Assembly: GCA_030835345.1 (NCBI GenBank)
Contig: JAURPH010000003.1
Location: 34,124-98,123 of the forward strand
From: Thermodesulfobacteriota bacterium
GTDB lineage: Bacteria; Desulfobacterota_D; UBA1144
Direction: 5' to 3'
Length of the DNA: 64,000 nt
The notes under the pieces are model-generated. The model had not been told where the DNA came from and did no database searches. It worked only from the letters and a program-made list of their open reading frames with translations. Position numbers and translations under genes: made by a program. This document shows positions 10,259 through 20,123 of this stretch, piece by piece (position 1 is the first letter of the stretch; every line of letters starts with the position of its first letter).

Positions 10259-11023
10259 ATGAAGATATATAATATAAATTTGAAAAATAACATTATTATC
10301 GGCTCATCAAAATATTCCTCTGATAAAATTTTTTTGAAGTGTGTTAAAAAAACTGAAACTGAAATGATTACAGTAGCCCTTAGGAAAATAGGAGATAATC
10401 CAGATAGTTTCTATAAGACATTGCAAAAAACAAAATGTAAAATTCTTCCAAACACTGCTGGTTGCTTCTCTGAAAAAGAAGCCATCAATACAGCTCTTAT
10501 GTCTAGGGATATATTTGAAACAGACTTGATAAAGTTAGAAGTAATCCAAAACGAGATAACTCTTGCACCTTCCAAAAAAGGAACTATTAAAGCCGCGGAG
10601 AAATTACTAAAGCTGGGTTTTAAAGTTTTACCTTATACAACTGATGATTTTGACTTTGTATCAAAGCTAGTTGATGTTGGTTGTAAAGTAGTAATGCCGT
10701 GGGGGTCGCCAATTGGAACGGGTAAAGGATTAAAGAATATTAAAAAACTAAAAAAAATAAGAGAGAGTTTCCCAGAAACTACATTGATAATTGATGCTGG
10801 GATTGGTAGAGTTTCTCATGCATGCCAGGCAATTGAATTGGGCTATGATGGTATATTGCTAAATTCTGCAATTGCAAGATCAGAAAAACCAGAGCTTTTT
10901 GCATCATCAATATTAAATGCGGTCAGAGCAGCTGAAATCTCAATGAAATCTGGACCAATTCCTGAAAGTGAAAATGCAATTGCTTCAACCAGTTCTAAAG
11001 GAATTGCTTTTAGAAAAAATTAA
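10259..11023 (+). CDS. thiG: Thiazole synthase
   Basis: 254 aa. ILPNTAGC...VMPWGSPIGTGKG...IIDAGIG are ThiG motifs. Confidence 0.93.
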   Translation: MKIYNINLKNNIIIGSSKYSSDKIFLKCVKKTETEMITVALRKIGDNPDSFYKTLQKTKCKILPNTAGCFSEKEAINTALMSRDIFETDLIKLEVIQNEITLAPSKKGTIKAAEKLLKLGFKVLPYTTDDFDFVSKLVDVGCKVVMPWGSPIGTGKGLKNIKKLKKIRESFPETTLIIDAGIGRVSHACQAIELGYDGILLNSAIARSEKPELFASSILNAVRAAEISMKSGPIPESENAIASTSSKGIAFRKN

Positions 11024-12420
11024 TTGGATTTAATTGACCTATAAAGAGAGATATCTCCTGAATTAGATTTTCTCTTTATCAAAAACAGACAGCTTTGTTT
11101 ATTATTGATTTTGACAAGTTCGTTATTTAAATCTTCTAAATTTTTTATTTTTACTCTATTTATCTCTAAGATTTGATCTCCAATTATTAGCTTTGGGGAA
11201 GCCTGGGAATTAGGATATATCTTTGAGATTATTACTTTAAAACTATTATTAGCTTCTTTTACTTCTTTTGTATCAAAGCCAAATTTAATTTTTGAAAGAT
11301 TACTTTTTTTATCTTTTTTCGACAAAACCTTTTTATCGGGAATTTCACCAAGTCTTACCTCAATCATAATTTTCTTTGAATTTCTTAAAATGCCAAGTTT
11401 TGCGATACTGCCAGGCTTAATCCTACCTACCTCACGTGGTAAGTCTTCCATTGATATAATTTTTTTATCATTGATAGAGAGAATAACGTCTCCTTGTAAA
11501 ATACCTGCACCCTGAGCAGGACTATTATTTACAACTGCTGCGACTAGTGCTCCGTTGGTTGAACTCAATTCAAGTGACTCAGCAATATCATCAGTTATTG
11601 ACTGAACCTGAACACCAAGCCAACCACGAGCAACTTTTCCATCAATCCTAATTTGCTCGATAATTTCATAAACTGTATCGCTTGGAATAGCAAAGCCTAT
11701 ACCTTGTCCTCTTGCTGCTATGGCGGTGTTAACTCCAATTAATTCACCATCTAAATTTAGTAGAGGGCCTCCACTGTTTCCTTTGTTAAGTGCTGCATCT
11801 GTTTGAATAAAATCAACATATGTACCTAATCCATCAACATATCTACCCTTTGCACTAACAATTCCAGTAGTAACAGTTGTTCCCAAACCTAAGGGATTAC
11901 CTATTGCTACAACCCATTGACCAATTTTAATATCTTTAGATTTCCCTAAAGCAATCTCTCCCAATATTTCGTTTGCATTAATACTTAGCAAGGCTAGGTC
12001 GGTCCTTTTATCAAATCCAACAATTTCTGCTTTAAATCTCTTATCATCTATAAATACAACTTCAATTTCACTTGCCCGATCAATTACATGATAATTTGTT
12101 ACTATTAAACCTGACTTGTGATATACAAACCCTGAACCAAGTCCTACAGAGGGTTGAGATTTAAAATTATCTCCAAATTGCCTTTTGAAAAAATCATCAA
12201 AAAAAGGATCTCCAGTCAACGGTATTTCCTTATTAGGTTCTCCTGTTGTTTCGATTCTAACAACTGATGGATTTATCTCATCAATTAGTTCAGGTAAATT
12301 AGAAATTTCATAGGATATTCCTAGTAATGGAAAGACTAAAGCAAATATAAATAAGATAAACTTAGACAATTTCACTATAGAAATAAATATAATTAAAATA
12401 TTGAGGTTATCAATTTTCAT
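11020..12420 (-). CDS. degP: Periplasmic serine endoprotease DegP/HtrA family with two PDZ domains
   Basis: 466 aa. Signal/TM at the N-terminus, catalytic GNSGGPL, two PDZ-like segments. Confidence 0.92.
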   Translation of the reverse strand: MKIDNLNILIIFISIVKLSKFILFIFALVFPLLGISYEISNLPELIDEINPSVVRIETTGEPNKEIPLTGDPFFDDFFKRQFGDNFKSQPSVGLGSGFVYHKSGLIVTNYHVIDRASEIEVVFIDDKRFKAEIVGFDKRTDLALLSINANEILGEIALGKSKDIKIGQWVVAIGNPLGLGTTVTTGIVSAKGRYVDGLGTYVDFIQTDAALNKGNSGGPLLNLDGELIGVNTAIAARGQGIGFAIPSDTVYEIIEQIRIDGKVARGWLGVQVQSITDDIAESLELSSTNGALVAAVVNNSPAQGAGILQGDVILSINDKKIISMEDLPREVGRIKPGSIAKLGILRNSKKIMIEVRLGEIPDKKVLSKKDKKSNLSKIKFGFDTKEVKEANNSFKVIISKIYPNSQASPKLIIGDQILEINRVKIKNLEDLNNELVKINNKQSCLFLIKRKSNSGDISLYRSIKSN

Positions 12421-12444
12421 AGCCTAATGTGATAAAATAAAAAA

Positions 12445-13941
12445 ATGAAAAGTGTTTTTGTTGATCAAGTCTATATTACAGAATTTGGGAAATTAGATAA
12501 AAATCTTAATGAGATACTGCTAGAGTCTGGAAAACACTGTCTGAGTAGTAGCAATAAAAAAGTGGACATGCTTCTTGTTGGATCAATGAATCCTGAGGAA
12601 TTCTCGGATAATTCTAATATCTCTACTCTTGTCGCTGATGGTTTAAATATACAAGGTATTCCATCTTTACGAATTGAAACTGCTTCGTCATCTGGAGCAG
12701 CTATCTTTTCTCTTGGCTTTAACTTAATTGCATCTGGTGCTTATGAAAATATTTTGCTAATTGCAGGCGAAAAAATGACAGGCCTTGATACAAAGAAGGT
12801 AACTAAAGTCTTAGCGAAAGTTATAGAAGAAAATGAAAGAAAATATGGAGCAAGTATGCCATCATTAGCGGCAATGGTAACAATGGCATATAAATTAAAA
12901 AACAATATCCCCAAGGAACTACTTGAAGAGTCAATGTGTAAAATTGCCATGAAAAACCATCATAATGGATCTATGAATCCATTGGCGCACTTTAGAAAAT
13001 CTATATCAGCTGAAGAATATTTAAAAAGTAGAATGATTGCTCACCCACTAAGAATTTATGACTGCTCACCAATATCTGATGGTGGAGTAGCTATACTTTT
13101 GACCTCAACAAAATCAGATATCCAAATAATTGGAAGTGGACAGGCTACTGATACAGTAAGTCTTAAGAACAGGGTAATTCTTAATCGTTTCGAAGCTACC
13201 AGGCTTGCAGCAAAAAAAGCATATAAGATGTCTGGATTGTCTCCGAAAGAAATTTGCTTTGCAGAAGTTCATGATGCATTTACAAGCTTTGAAGCTATTA
13301 ATTGTGAGGATCTAGGATTTTTTGATGAAGGTAAATCCTTTATAAATATAATCAATGATGAAACAAGCTTGAATGGTAAAATGCCAATTAATTACTCTGG
13401 AGGTTTAAAGTCAAGAGGTCATCCAGTAGGTGCCACCGGTCTTGCTCAAATTGCTGACTGTGTTTTACAAATGAGAAATCAAGTTTCAGAAGAAAGACTT
13501 ATTGAAAATAGTTCCACAGCTCTTTGCCATTCTATTGGTGGAATGGGGAACAATATTTTTGTAAATATTTTAAGAAAAAGCTCTCTTCATAAAAACCTTA
13601 CAGAAATCCCTGAGATTAAACATACTAGAATAAGTAAGATATCAAATTCTACAGAATTAATAAATAATAATGAGGAGATTGATGGAAATTTAGCAAGCTA
13701 TACAACATTATATGTGACTCCTGAAGGATTTGAGCCCCCCTTAACTTTAGGAATTATCAATTCCATTAAATACAAAAGGATTTTTGCTAGAGCCATTATA
13801 GAATCAGATTTTAAAATTGGACAATCAGTTACAGTATTTAAGGAGAATGGAATAATTTACTTTAGGAAAGCCACTCCATTAGATAAAGCAAAATCATTTA
13901 TTAAAAGGAAAATTCAAACTATTTTGAATATATTCGATTAG
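12445..13941 (+). CDS. SCP2-type thiolase-like protein fused to a C-terminal DUF35-like OB-fold. The nucleophile position carries Ser, not Cys.
   Basis: 498 aa. The thiolase fold retains NYSGGLKSRGHPVGATG (His) and ALCHSIGG (the second Cys). The TACASG nucleophile motif reads ETASSSGAA. The C-terminal roughly 110 aa (YTTLYVTPEGFEPPLTLGIINS...IGQSVTVFKENG) matches the DUF35 OB-fold pattern. Confidence 0.7.
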   Translation: MKSVFVDQVYITEFGKLDKNLNEILLESGKHCLSSSNKKVDMLLVGSMNPEEFSDNSNISTLVADGLNIQGIPSLRIETASSSGAAIFSLGFNLIASGAYENILLIAGEKMTGLDTKKVTKVLAKVIEENERKYGASMPSLAAMVTMAYKLKNNIPKELLEESMCKIAMKNHHNGSMNPLAHFRKSISAEEYLKSRMIAHPLRIYDCSPISDGGVAILLTSTKSDIQIIGSGQATDTVSLKNRVILNRFEATRLAAKKAYKMSGLSPKEICFAEVHDAFTSFEAINCEDLGFFDEGKSFINIINDETSLNGKMPINYSGGLKSRGHPVGATGLAQIADCVLQMRNQVSEERLIENSSTALCHSIGGMGNNIFVNILRKSSLHKNLTEIPEIKHTRISKISNSTELINNNEEIDGNLASYTTLYVTPEGFEPPLTLGIINSIKYKRIFARAIIESDFKIGQSVTVFKENGIIYFRKATPLDKAKSFIKRKIQTILNIFD

Positions 13942-13942
13942 C

Positions 13943-14869
13943 ATGAAAAGTATCTTTATGGGAACACCTTATTTTGGTAAGGAGATTTTAAAAAAACTCC
14001 ATACGGATTTTTCTATACATACAGTTGTTTGCCAACCTGATAAACCCGTGGGGAGAAAAAAAGAAATTATTTACAGTGAAGTTAAAAATTATGCTTTAGA
14101 GGAGAACCTAAGAATACTTCAACCTGAAAAAATAAAAAACAATGTATCGTTCTTGAATGAATTAAAAGCAATCAATCCTGATTTCATCTTTGTTGCCGCC
14201 TATGGAAAAATCCTCACTAAAGATATATTAAATATTCCGAAATTTGGTTGTATAAATGTCCATTCCTCATTGCTACCAAAATATCGTGGGGCAGCACCTA
14301 TTAACTGGGCATTAATTAATGGGGATAAAGAAACTGGAGTTACGATTATGGAAATGGATGAAGGGATGGATACAGGGAATATTATTTTATCGAAAAAGAT
14401 TTCTATTGAAGAAGGGGATAATGTCTTATCGCTGACAGAAAAGCTCGCCACAATTGGTTGCGATGCAATTGGTGAATTTTTTAAAAAATTTTTAGAAACC
14501 AGATGTATAAATTCAAAACCTCAAGATAACAGCCTAGCAAGTGTTGCACCAAAAATTGATAAAGAAATATCTAAGATTGATTGGAGTAAAAACTCATTTG
14601 ATATCTTGAACCTAATCAGAGGATCAAATCCATGGCCTGGGGCAACCACAAATTTATTTAAAAGCAAAGTCACAATATGGGAAGCACAAGTGGCAGGCCC
14701 AGCATTAGCAAAACCTGGCTCTATAAAAAAAATTGACAAGAAAATGTTTGTATCCTGCAAAGATAAAGAGATTGAAATTATTAAGATTCAAAAAAGTGGA
14801 AAAAATACAATGGATGGTAAAAGTTTTATAAATGGAATAACTGTAAGTGAAAAAGCCCTATTCAACTAA
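13943..14869 (+). CDS. fmt: Methionyl-tRNA formyltransferase
   Basis: 308 aa. INVHSSLLPKYRGAAPI and the C-terminal Fmt domain. The start lies 1 nt after the thiolase-like gene stop. Confidence 0.93.
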   Translation: MKSIFMGTPYFGKEILKKLHTDFSIHTVVCQPDKPVGRKKEIIYSEVKNYALEENLRILQPEKIKNNVSFLNELKAINPDFIFVAAYGKILTKDILNIPKFGCINVHSSLLPKYRGAAPINWALINGDKETGVTIMEMDEGMDTGNIILSKKISIEEGDNVLSLTEKLATIGCDAIGEFFKKFLETRCINSKPQDNSLASVAPKIDKEISKIDWSKNSFDILNLIRGSNPWPGATTNLFKSKVTIWEAQVAGPALAKPGSIKKIDKKMFVSCKDKEIEIIKIQKSGKNTMDGKSFINGITVSEKALFN

Positions 14870-15236
14870 TTGGAATTTCTACTGAGAAAGTTGAGACTTT
14901 TACCCTCTCTATCAATTGATTATTCCAGCAGATATCTCTTGCTTCTTTTAGTTTATCCTTTGGAACAAATATAATTAAACTTATATTGGTTTTTTGAAGC
15001 TCTTTCCAATGGGAAATAATTGATTCTAATGGTTCTAAGACAGTTTCGACTTCTCCAATCATCACTATCTCTCCATAGTTTCCAAAGATTATATCTGGAT
15101 ATAAATTGTTAGAAATAGCATTAATTTTTTTATCGATTGTATTTATTTTTATTTCATTATATTCCTTAGAATATTTTTTTTTGATTTCTTGAACAACCCA
15201 ATCGTGGAGGAAATCATCTTTATTTTCTTGATTCAT
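14862..15236 (-). CDS. Hypothetical protein with a possible PD-(D/E)xK-like motif
   Basis: 124 aa. YPDIIF...[12 protein letters not shown] resembles a restriction-endonuclease-fold core. Overlaps the nadK start by 17 nt on the same strand. Confidence 0.4.
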   Translation of the reverse strand: MNQENKDDFLHDWVVQEIKKKYSKEYNEIKINTIDKKINAISNNLYPDIIFGNYGEIVMIGEVETVLEPLESIISHWKELQKTNISLIIFVPKDKLKEARDICWNNQLIERVKVSTFSVEIPIS

Positions 15237-16086
15237 AAGAGCTGCTCCACATTAATTTATCTTTTAAAACAGAAAAATATTCATTATTAGGCATTCTTAA
15301 TAAATTGAAAATTACATCAGATTGATTTACTGAAATTTCAAAATCCTTTGCAATTTTCATACTGTTACTTCCGTCAAAAGTTGCATATATAGGCTTGTCG
15401 GAATCTACTTGAATTTTTACACTAGTGCTGTCAGAGACAACTAAAGGCCTATTTGATAAAGTATGAGGACAAATAGGTGTAATGATAATTAGAGGTAAAT
15501 TTGGAACTACTATTGGACCCCCTGCAGAAAGTGAATAAGCTGTGGACCCAGTTGGAGAAGAAAGTATTATTCCGTCGGCACGAATTTGAGAAACGAATTT
15601 ATTATCAATATAAAGGTTTAAATTTATAATTTTTGATAGGGCACCTTTTGTTATAACTAAATCATTCAGAAACAACTTTTGTTTAACTTTATTAGATGAA
15701 GATTTTATCTGTGCACTAAGCAGTTTTCTTTCGTCAGAAACTAATTTATTTTTATAATATGCACTTAAAACTTTATTAAATTGATGAAGAGGTGCTTCAC
15801 TTAAAAATCCTAAATTACCAAGGTTGAATCCAATAACAGGCTTTTTGTTTAATGCAGCATCTTCAGAAAGATGAAGCAAGGTTCCATCACCACCAAAAAC
15901 TAAAATCAAGTCTGCTTTTTTTACTAAATTTTTTTGACTATAAACCTTATTTTTTCCAACTGATTTAACTGGAAAATTTTTATCATAAATTAAAGAACAG
16001 TCTTTGTCTTTGAAAAAGTTATTTAGTTCTTTTTGAATTTCATCTAAATTTTCTAATTCAGGTTTAGAAACAACACCAACTATCAT
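15220..16086 (-). CDS. nadK: NAD kinase
   Basis: 288 aa. GGDGTLL and NxGxLGFL motifs. Confidence 0.92.
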   Translation of the reverse strand: MIVGVVSKPELENLDEIQKELNNFFKDKDCSLIYDKNFPVKSVGKNKVYSQKNLVKKADLILVFGGDGTLLHLSEDAALNKKPVIGFNLGNLGFLSEAPLHQFNKVLSAYYKNKLVSDERKLLSAQIKSSSNKVKQKLFLNDLVITKGALSKIINLNLYIDNKFVSQIRADGIILSSPTGSTAYSLSAGGPIVVPNLPLIIITPICPHTLSNRPLVVSDSTSVKIQVDSDKPIYATFDGSNSMKIAKDFEISVNQSDVIFNLLRMPNNEYFSVLKDKLMWSSSYESRK

Positions 16087-16104
16087 AGATTTATTATAAT
16101 ATAT

Positions 16105-17203
16105 TTATTCTTTTATTTTGGATAAAAGATTATCTATCAATATCTTTAAATTACCATCTAAAACGGAGTCAACATTTCCAATTTCTTCATTTGTCCTGTG
16201 ATCTTTTACCATTTGATAAGGGTGAAGAACATATGATCTAATTTGGCTCCCCCAGCCAATCTCCTTTTTTTCTAAATTTTGCTCTGCCTCCTTCGATTTA
16301 ACTTTTTCAATCTCTAATTCATACAATTTTGAACTTAAAATTTTCATAGCATATGACTTATTCTGATGCTGCGACCTTTGATTTTGGCATGAAGCTATAA
16401 TCCCAGTGGGCATATGAGTTATTCTTACTGCGGAATCAGTTTTATTAAGATGCTGTCCACCCGCACCACCTGCTCTAAATGTATCGACTTTCAAATCCTT
16501 GTCTGCAATGATAATATCTATTCCGTTATCTACCTCAGGAGAAACTGAAACTGATGCGAACGAAGTGTGCCTTCTCTTGTTAGAATCAAATGGGGAAATC
16601 CTAACTAATCTGTGTACACCATTTTCATTTTTAAGAAATCCATATGCAAAATCACCTTTAATTAAAAGTGTACAATTCTTTATTCCTGCTTCGTCTCCAT
16701 CAAGCCTATCTAAAAATTCACATTTGAAATTATTGATCTCAGCATATCTGAAATACATCCTACATAACATATCTGCCCAATCTTGAGCTTCGGTACCGCC
16801 TGCTCCAGAGTTGATTGATAATATTGCATTATTTATGTCTTCTTTTTTTGAAAGGATAATTTCTATTTCGAAATTTTTTGTATTTTTAACTAAAGACAAC
16901 AAGCTATTATTTAGCTCATTAACATTTTCATCATCTAATTCTTCATTAGAATATATTTCTATCAATTCTAATAAATCATCATTTTCCTTGAATAAAACTT
17001 CAATCGTGGATAGCTTTTTCTTTAATACAGATAATTCTTTTAATATTCCTTGAGCTTTTTTCTGGTTAGACCAAAAATCTGAGTGCTCCGTCAATGCTTC
17101 TAATTCTTTAACTTTTATTAATACTTGGTTCGGGTCAAAGATACTCTCTTATCTTTTCAATTCTAGCTTTATTCTCAATTAATGCTTGTTTAATTTCAAT
17201 CAT
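16105..17203 (-). CDS. prfB: Peptide chain release factor 2, made by programmed +1 ribosomal frameshift
   Basis: The main ORF (16105..17094) has GGQHLNKTDSAVRITH. A 22-codon ORF0 (MIEIKQALIENKARIEKIREYL) starts at 17203 and ends at CTT TGA C (complement of 17134-17140). Reading +1 from there gives DPNQVLIKVKELEALTEHSDFW, which runs into the main ORF. Confidence 0.93.
17134..17140 (-). promoter_or_regulatory. prfB: prfB +1 frameshift site CUU UGA C, preceded by an SD-like AGAGAG
   Basis: Seen directly on the minus strand: AGA GAG TAT CTT TGA CCC. E. coli has AGG GGG TAT CTT TGA C. Confidence 0.85.
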
Positions 17204-17253
17204 TTTTCTACTCTGCAAATAATGGTATATTTAATTTAACATTTATTTCGATT

Positions 17254-18405
17254 TTGGAGAACACCTTGAAAAATTATGTATTAACCCCTGGTCCCGTACC
17301 AGTGCCTGAATTTGTAATGTTGGAAATGGCAAAGCCTATTATTCATCATAGGACAGAAGAATTTGAAGAGATTTTTCACAATGCAACCGAAGGTTTAAAA
17401 AAAGTTTTTATGACCAAAGAAGAGGTATTAATTTTGGCATCCTCTGGGACAGGTGCTATGGATGCATCGATTTGCAATACCTTAAGTAAAGGTGATAAAG
17501 CACTAGTTGTAAACGGTGGAAAGTTTGGAGAAAGATGGCTAAAGATATGTTCAGCTTATGGAGTTGAAACAGAGGAATTAAAAGTTGAATGGGGTAAGGC
17601 TGTGAATCCTGAGGATATTAAAGATATTTTAGATAATAATCCCGACATTAAAGCAGTATTGGTTCAAGCTAGTGAAACCTCGACAGGTGTCGAGCATCCA
17701 ATTGAAGGAATTGCAAAAATCACTAGAAATAGAGATGATGTTCTACTAATTGTAGATGGAATAACTGCTGTTGGTGCCTTTCCTGTTGAATTCGATAACT
17801 GGGGAATAGATATACTAATTGGTGGATCACAAAAAGCTTTTATGATGCCCCCCGGCTTGTCTTTTATTGTTTTAAGTGAAAAGGCATGGGCTTTTGCTAA
17901 AAAATCAGATTTACCAAAGTTCTACTTAGACTTAAAACAAGCACATAAAAATAGTTTAAAAAGAACCTCACCATGGACACCTGCTGTAACTTTAGTAATT
18001 GGGCTTAATGCCGTCCTAAAACATTTTGATGAAATTGGACTTGATGCTTTATATAAAAGACATAGTGTAATGTCTGAAGCAACCACTAAGGGATTTGAGG
18101 CCATAGGACTAACTAATTTTGCTAAAGGATGTACAAGCACAGCGCTCTCAGTAATTAAAACACCAGAAGACATTGATGCCAGTAAAATTGTAAAAGGGCT
18201 TAAAAATCAATATGGGATTATTGTTGCCGGTGGCCAAGATCAAGCGAAAGGTAAAATTTTTAGAGTTACCCACATGGGATATGTTGACAAGGCGGATATA
18301 ATAGCAGTTATAGCTGGTGTTGAAAGTATATTGTCAGACTTACAATTCAATTTTACAAAAGGCATTGGTGTATCAACGGCCAATGTAATATTAAATCAAC
18401 TTTAA
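17254..18405 (+). CDS. Class V pyridoxal-phosphate aminotransferase (serine-glyoxylate/alanine-glyoxylate type)
   Basis: 383 aa. The N-terminal LTPGPVPVP and the GGSQKAFMMPPG lysine region are typical of the SgaA/AGXT family. Confidence 0.85.
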   Translation: MENTLKNYVLTPGPVPVPEFVMLEMAKPIIHHRTEEFEEIFHNATEGLKKVFMTKEEVLILASSGTGAMDASICNTLSKGDKALVVNGGKFGERWLKICSAYGVETEELKVEWGKAVNPEDIKDILDNNPDIKAVLVQASETSTGVEHPIEGIAKITRNRDDVLLIVDGITAVGAFPVEFDNWGIDILIGGSQKAFMMPPGLSFIVLSEKAWAFAKKSDLPKFYLDLKQAHKNSLKRTSPWTPAVTLVIGLNAVLKHFDEIGLDALYKRHSVMSEATTKGFEAIGLTNFAKGCTSTALSVIKTPEDIDASKIVKGLKNQYGIIVAGGQDQAKGKIFRVTHMGYVDKADIIAVIAGVESILSDLQFNFTKGIGVSTANVILNQL

Positions 18406-18496
18406 AAAAATTTTTACACATTTGAATTGATTTTATATCATCTTCATATAGATTATAGACAATGAAGATCTACGATATCCTTGAAGGAGAAAAAAT

Positions 18497-19001
18497 ATGA
18501 AAATTGGATTATTTTATGGAACAACAAGTGCTGCTACTCAAGAAGTTGCAAGTCTCATTCAAGACCACTTAATAGATTGCGATATTGAGATTCTTGATAT
18601 TTACGATGATACATTGGAGAGAATGTCAGAGTTTGATCGTTTAATTATTGGTTGTCCTACATGGGATATAGGTTTACTCCAAGAAGATTGGAGAAGTAAA
18701 TTTTGTGACTTAGATAAAGTTGATTTTTCTGGTAAAAAAGTTGCCTACTTTGGTTGTGGAGATCAAAATATTTATAGTAGCTCTTTTCTTGATGCTATTG
18801 GGATTCTAGAAGAAAAAATAACTTCATTGGGCGGTATGACCATTGGTCATTAGTCTAGTGAGGGGTAACACTCATGACTTTTCAAAAGCTGAAAAGGATG
18901 GTCATTTTGTAGGACTAGGAATTGATAATGATAATGAACCTGAATTAACCGAAGAAAGAGTCGCTGATTGGTGTAAAAAAATTTATATAGAATTTAAGTA
19001 G
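18497..19001 (+). pseudogene. fldA: Long-chain flavodoxin with an in-frame TAG at the conserved Trp position and a 1-nt frameshift about 20 nt later
   Basis: Frame 0 (18497..18853) reads MKIGLFYGTTSA...CPTWDIGL...GGMTIGH* and stops at TAG 18851-18853, where flavodoxins have GHW. The +1 frame continues ...RGNTHDFSKAEKDGHFVGLGIDNDNEPELTEERVADWCKKIYIEFK* to TAG 18999-19001, which matches the flavodoxin C-terminus. Confidence 0.6.
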
Positions 19002-20079
19002 TTAATTTTTTTATATTAGATAATTTATTTTCTAATATACAATCCAATAAGACTAAATTCATCATTGCTTCAGCTATAGGAACTGCCCTTGGACATAGAC
19101 AAGGGTCATGTCTACCTTTGACTCTTAATGATCTCTTTTTCCCATTTTTATCTATGGATTGTTGTTCTTGAGAAATTGAGGATGTTGGTTTTAATGCAAA
19201 TCTTAAAACAATATCATTTCCATTACTAATTCCACCCAAAATTCCTCCAGCATTGTTAGATTTGAATTTCACTTTATTTTTGAGCTTTTCTTGCATTACA
19301 TCGTTAACTTCAGAACCTTTCATACCAGCTACTGAGAAACCTAATCCAATCTCAAATCCTCTTACTCCGCCTATACTCATAATTGCTGCTGCTAACCTAG
19401 CATCAAGCTTTTCAAATACTGGTGAGCCGAGCCCTGGTGGAACTCCTATGGACCTTACTTCAATTGCTCCACCAATAGAGTCACCTTCTCTTCTGACCTT
19501 ATCAATTAATGCTTCCATTTCGGCTAACTTAGACTTATCAGCTATTCGAAGAGTATTCTTCTCTACATAATTTAAATTAATATCTTTACAGAAAATATTT
19601 CCAATTTGTGAAACAAAGCCAATAGTCTTAATCTTCATAGATTTTAAAATCTTTTTTGCAATAGCTCCTGCCGCAACTCTACCAACAGTTTCCCTGTTTG
19701 ATGATCTACCACCACCTCTATGATCTCTTATTCCATATTTTGCATCATAACTATAATCTGCATGTCCGGGTCTATATATATCCTTGAAATTCTCATAAGA
19801 TTTTGAAATTGCATCAGAATTTTTAACCAACATTGAAATAGGTGTACCAGTAGTTTTACCATCGAAAATTCCTGAAAGTATTTGAACCTTATCTGGCTCT
19901 TTTCTTTGAGTTGTGAATTTATTTTGACCTGGTCTTCTTCTATCAAGCTCAATCTGAATATCTTTTTCTGATATTTTAACGCCTGCAGGACAACCATCGA
20001 TTACAACACCTAAGGCTTCTCCATGTGATTCTCCCCAAGTTGTAATACGAAAAATATTTCCAAACGAATTTCCTGGCAT
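18994..20079 (-). CDS. aroC: Chorismate synthase
   Basis: 361 aa. TWGESHG...GRSSARET-like motifs (GGGRSSNRETVGRVAAGA). Confidence 0.95.
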   Translation of the reverse strand: MPGNSFGNIFRITTWGESHGEALGVVIDGCPAGVKISEKDIQIELDRRRPGQNKFTTQRKEPDKVQILSGIFDGKTTGTPISMLVKNSDAISKSYENFKDIYRPGHADYSYDAKYGIRDHRGGGRSSNRETVGRVAAGAIAKKILKSMKIKTIGFVSQIGNIFCKDINLNYVEKNTLRIADKSKLAEMEALIDKVRREGDSIGGAIEVRSIGVPPGLGSPVFEKLDARLAAAIMSIGGVRGFEIGLGFSVAGMKGSEVNDVMQEKLKNKVKFKSNNAGGILGGISNGNDIVLRFALKPTSSISQEQQSIDKNGKKRSLRVKGRHDPCLCPRAVPIAEAMMNLVLLDCILENKLSNIKKLTT

Positions 20080-20123
20080 CGTTAGATTCTATTATAAAAA
20101 AAATATATTGTAAAATTTTATGA

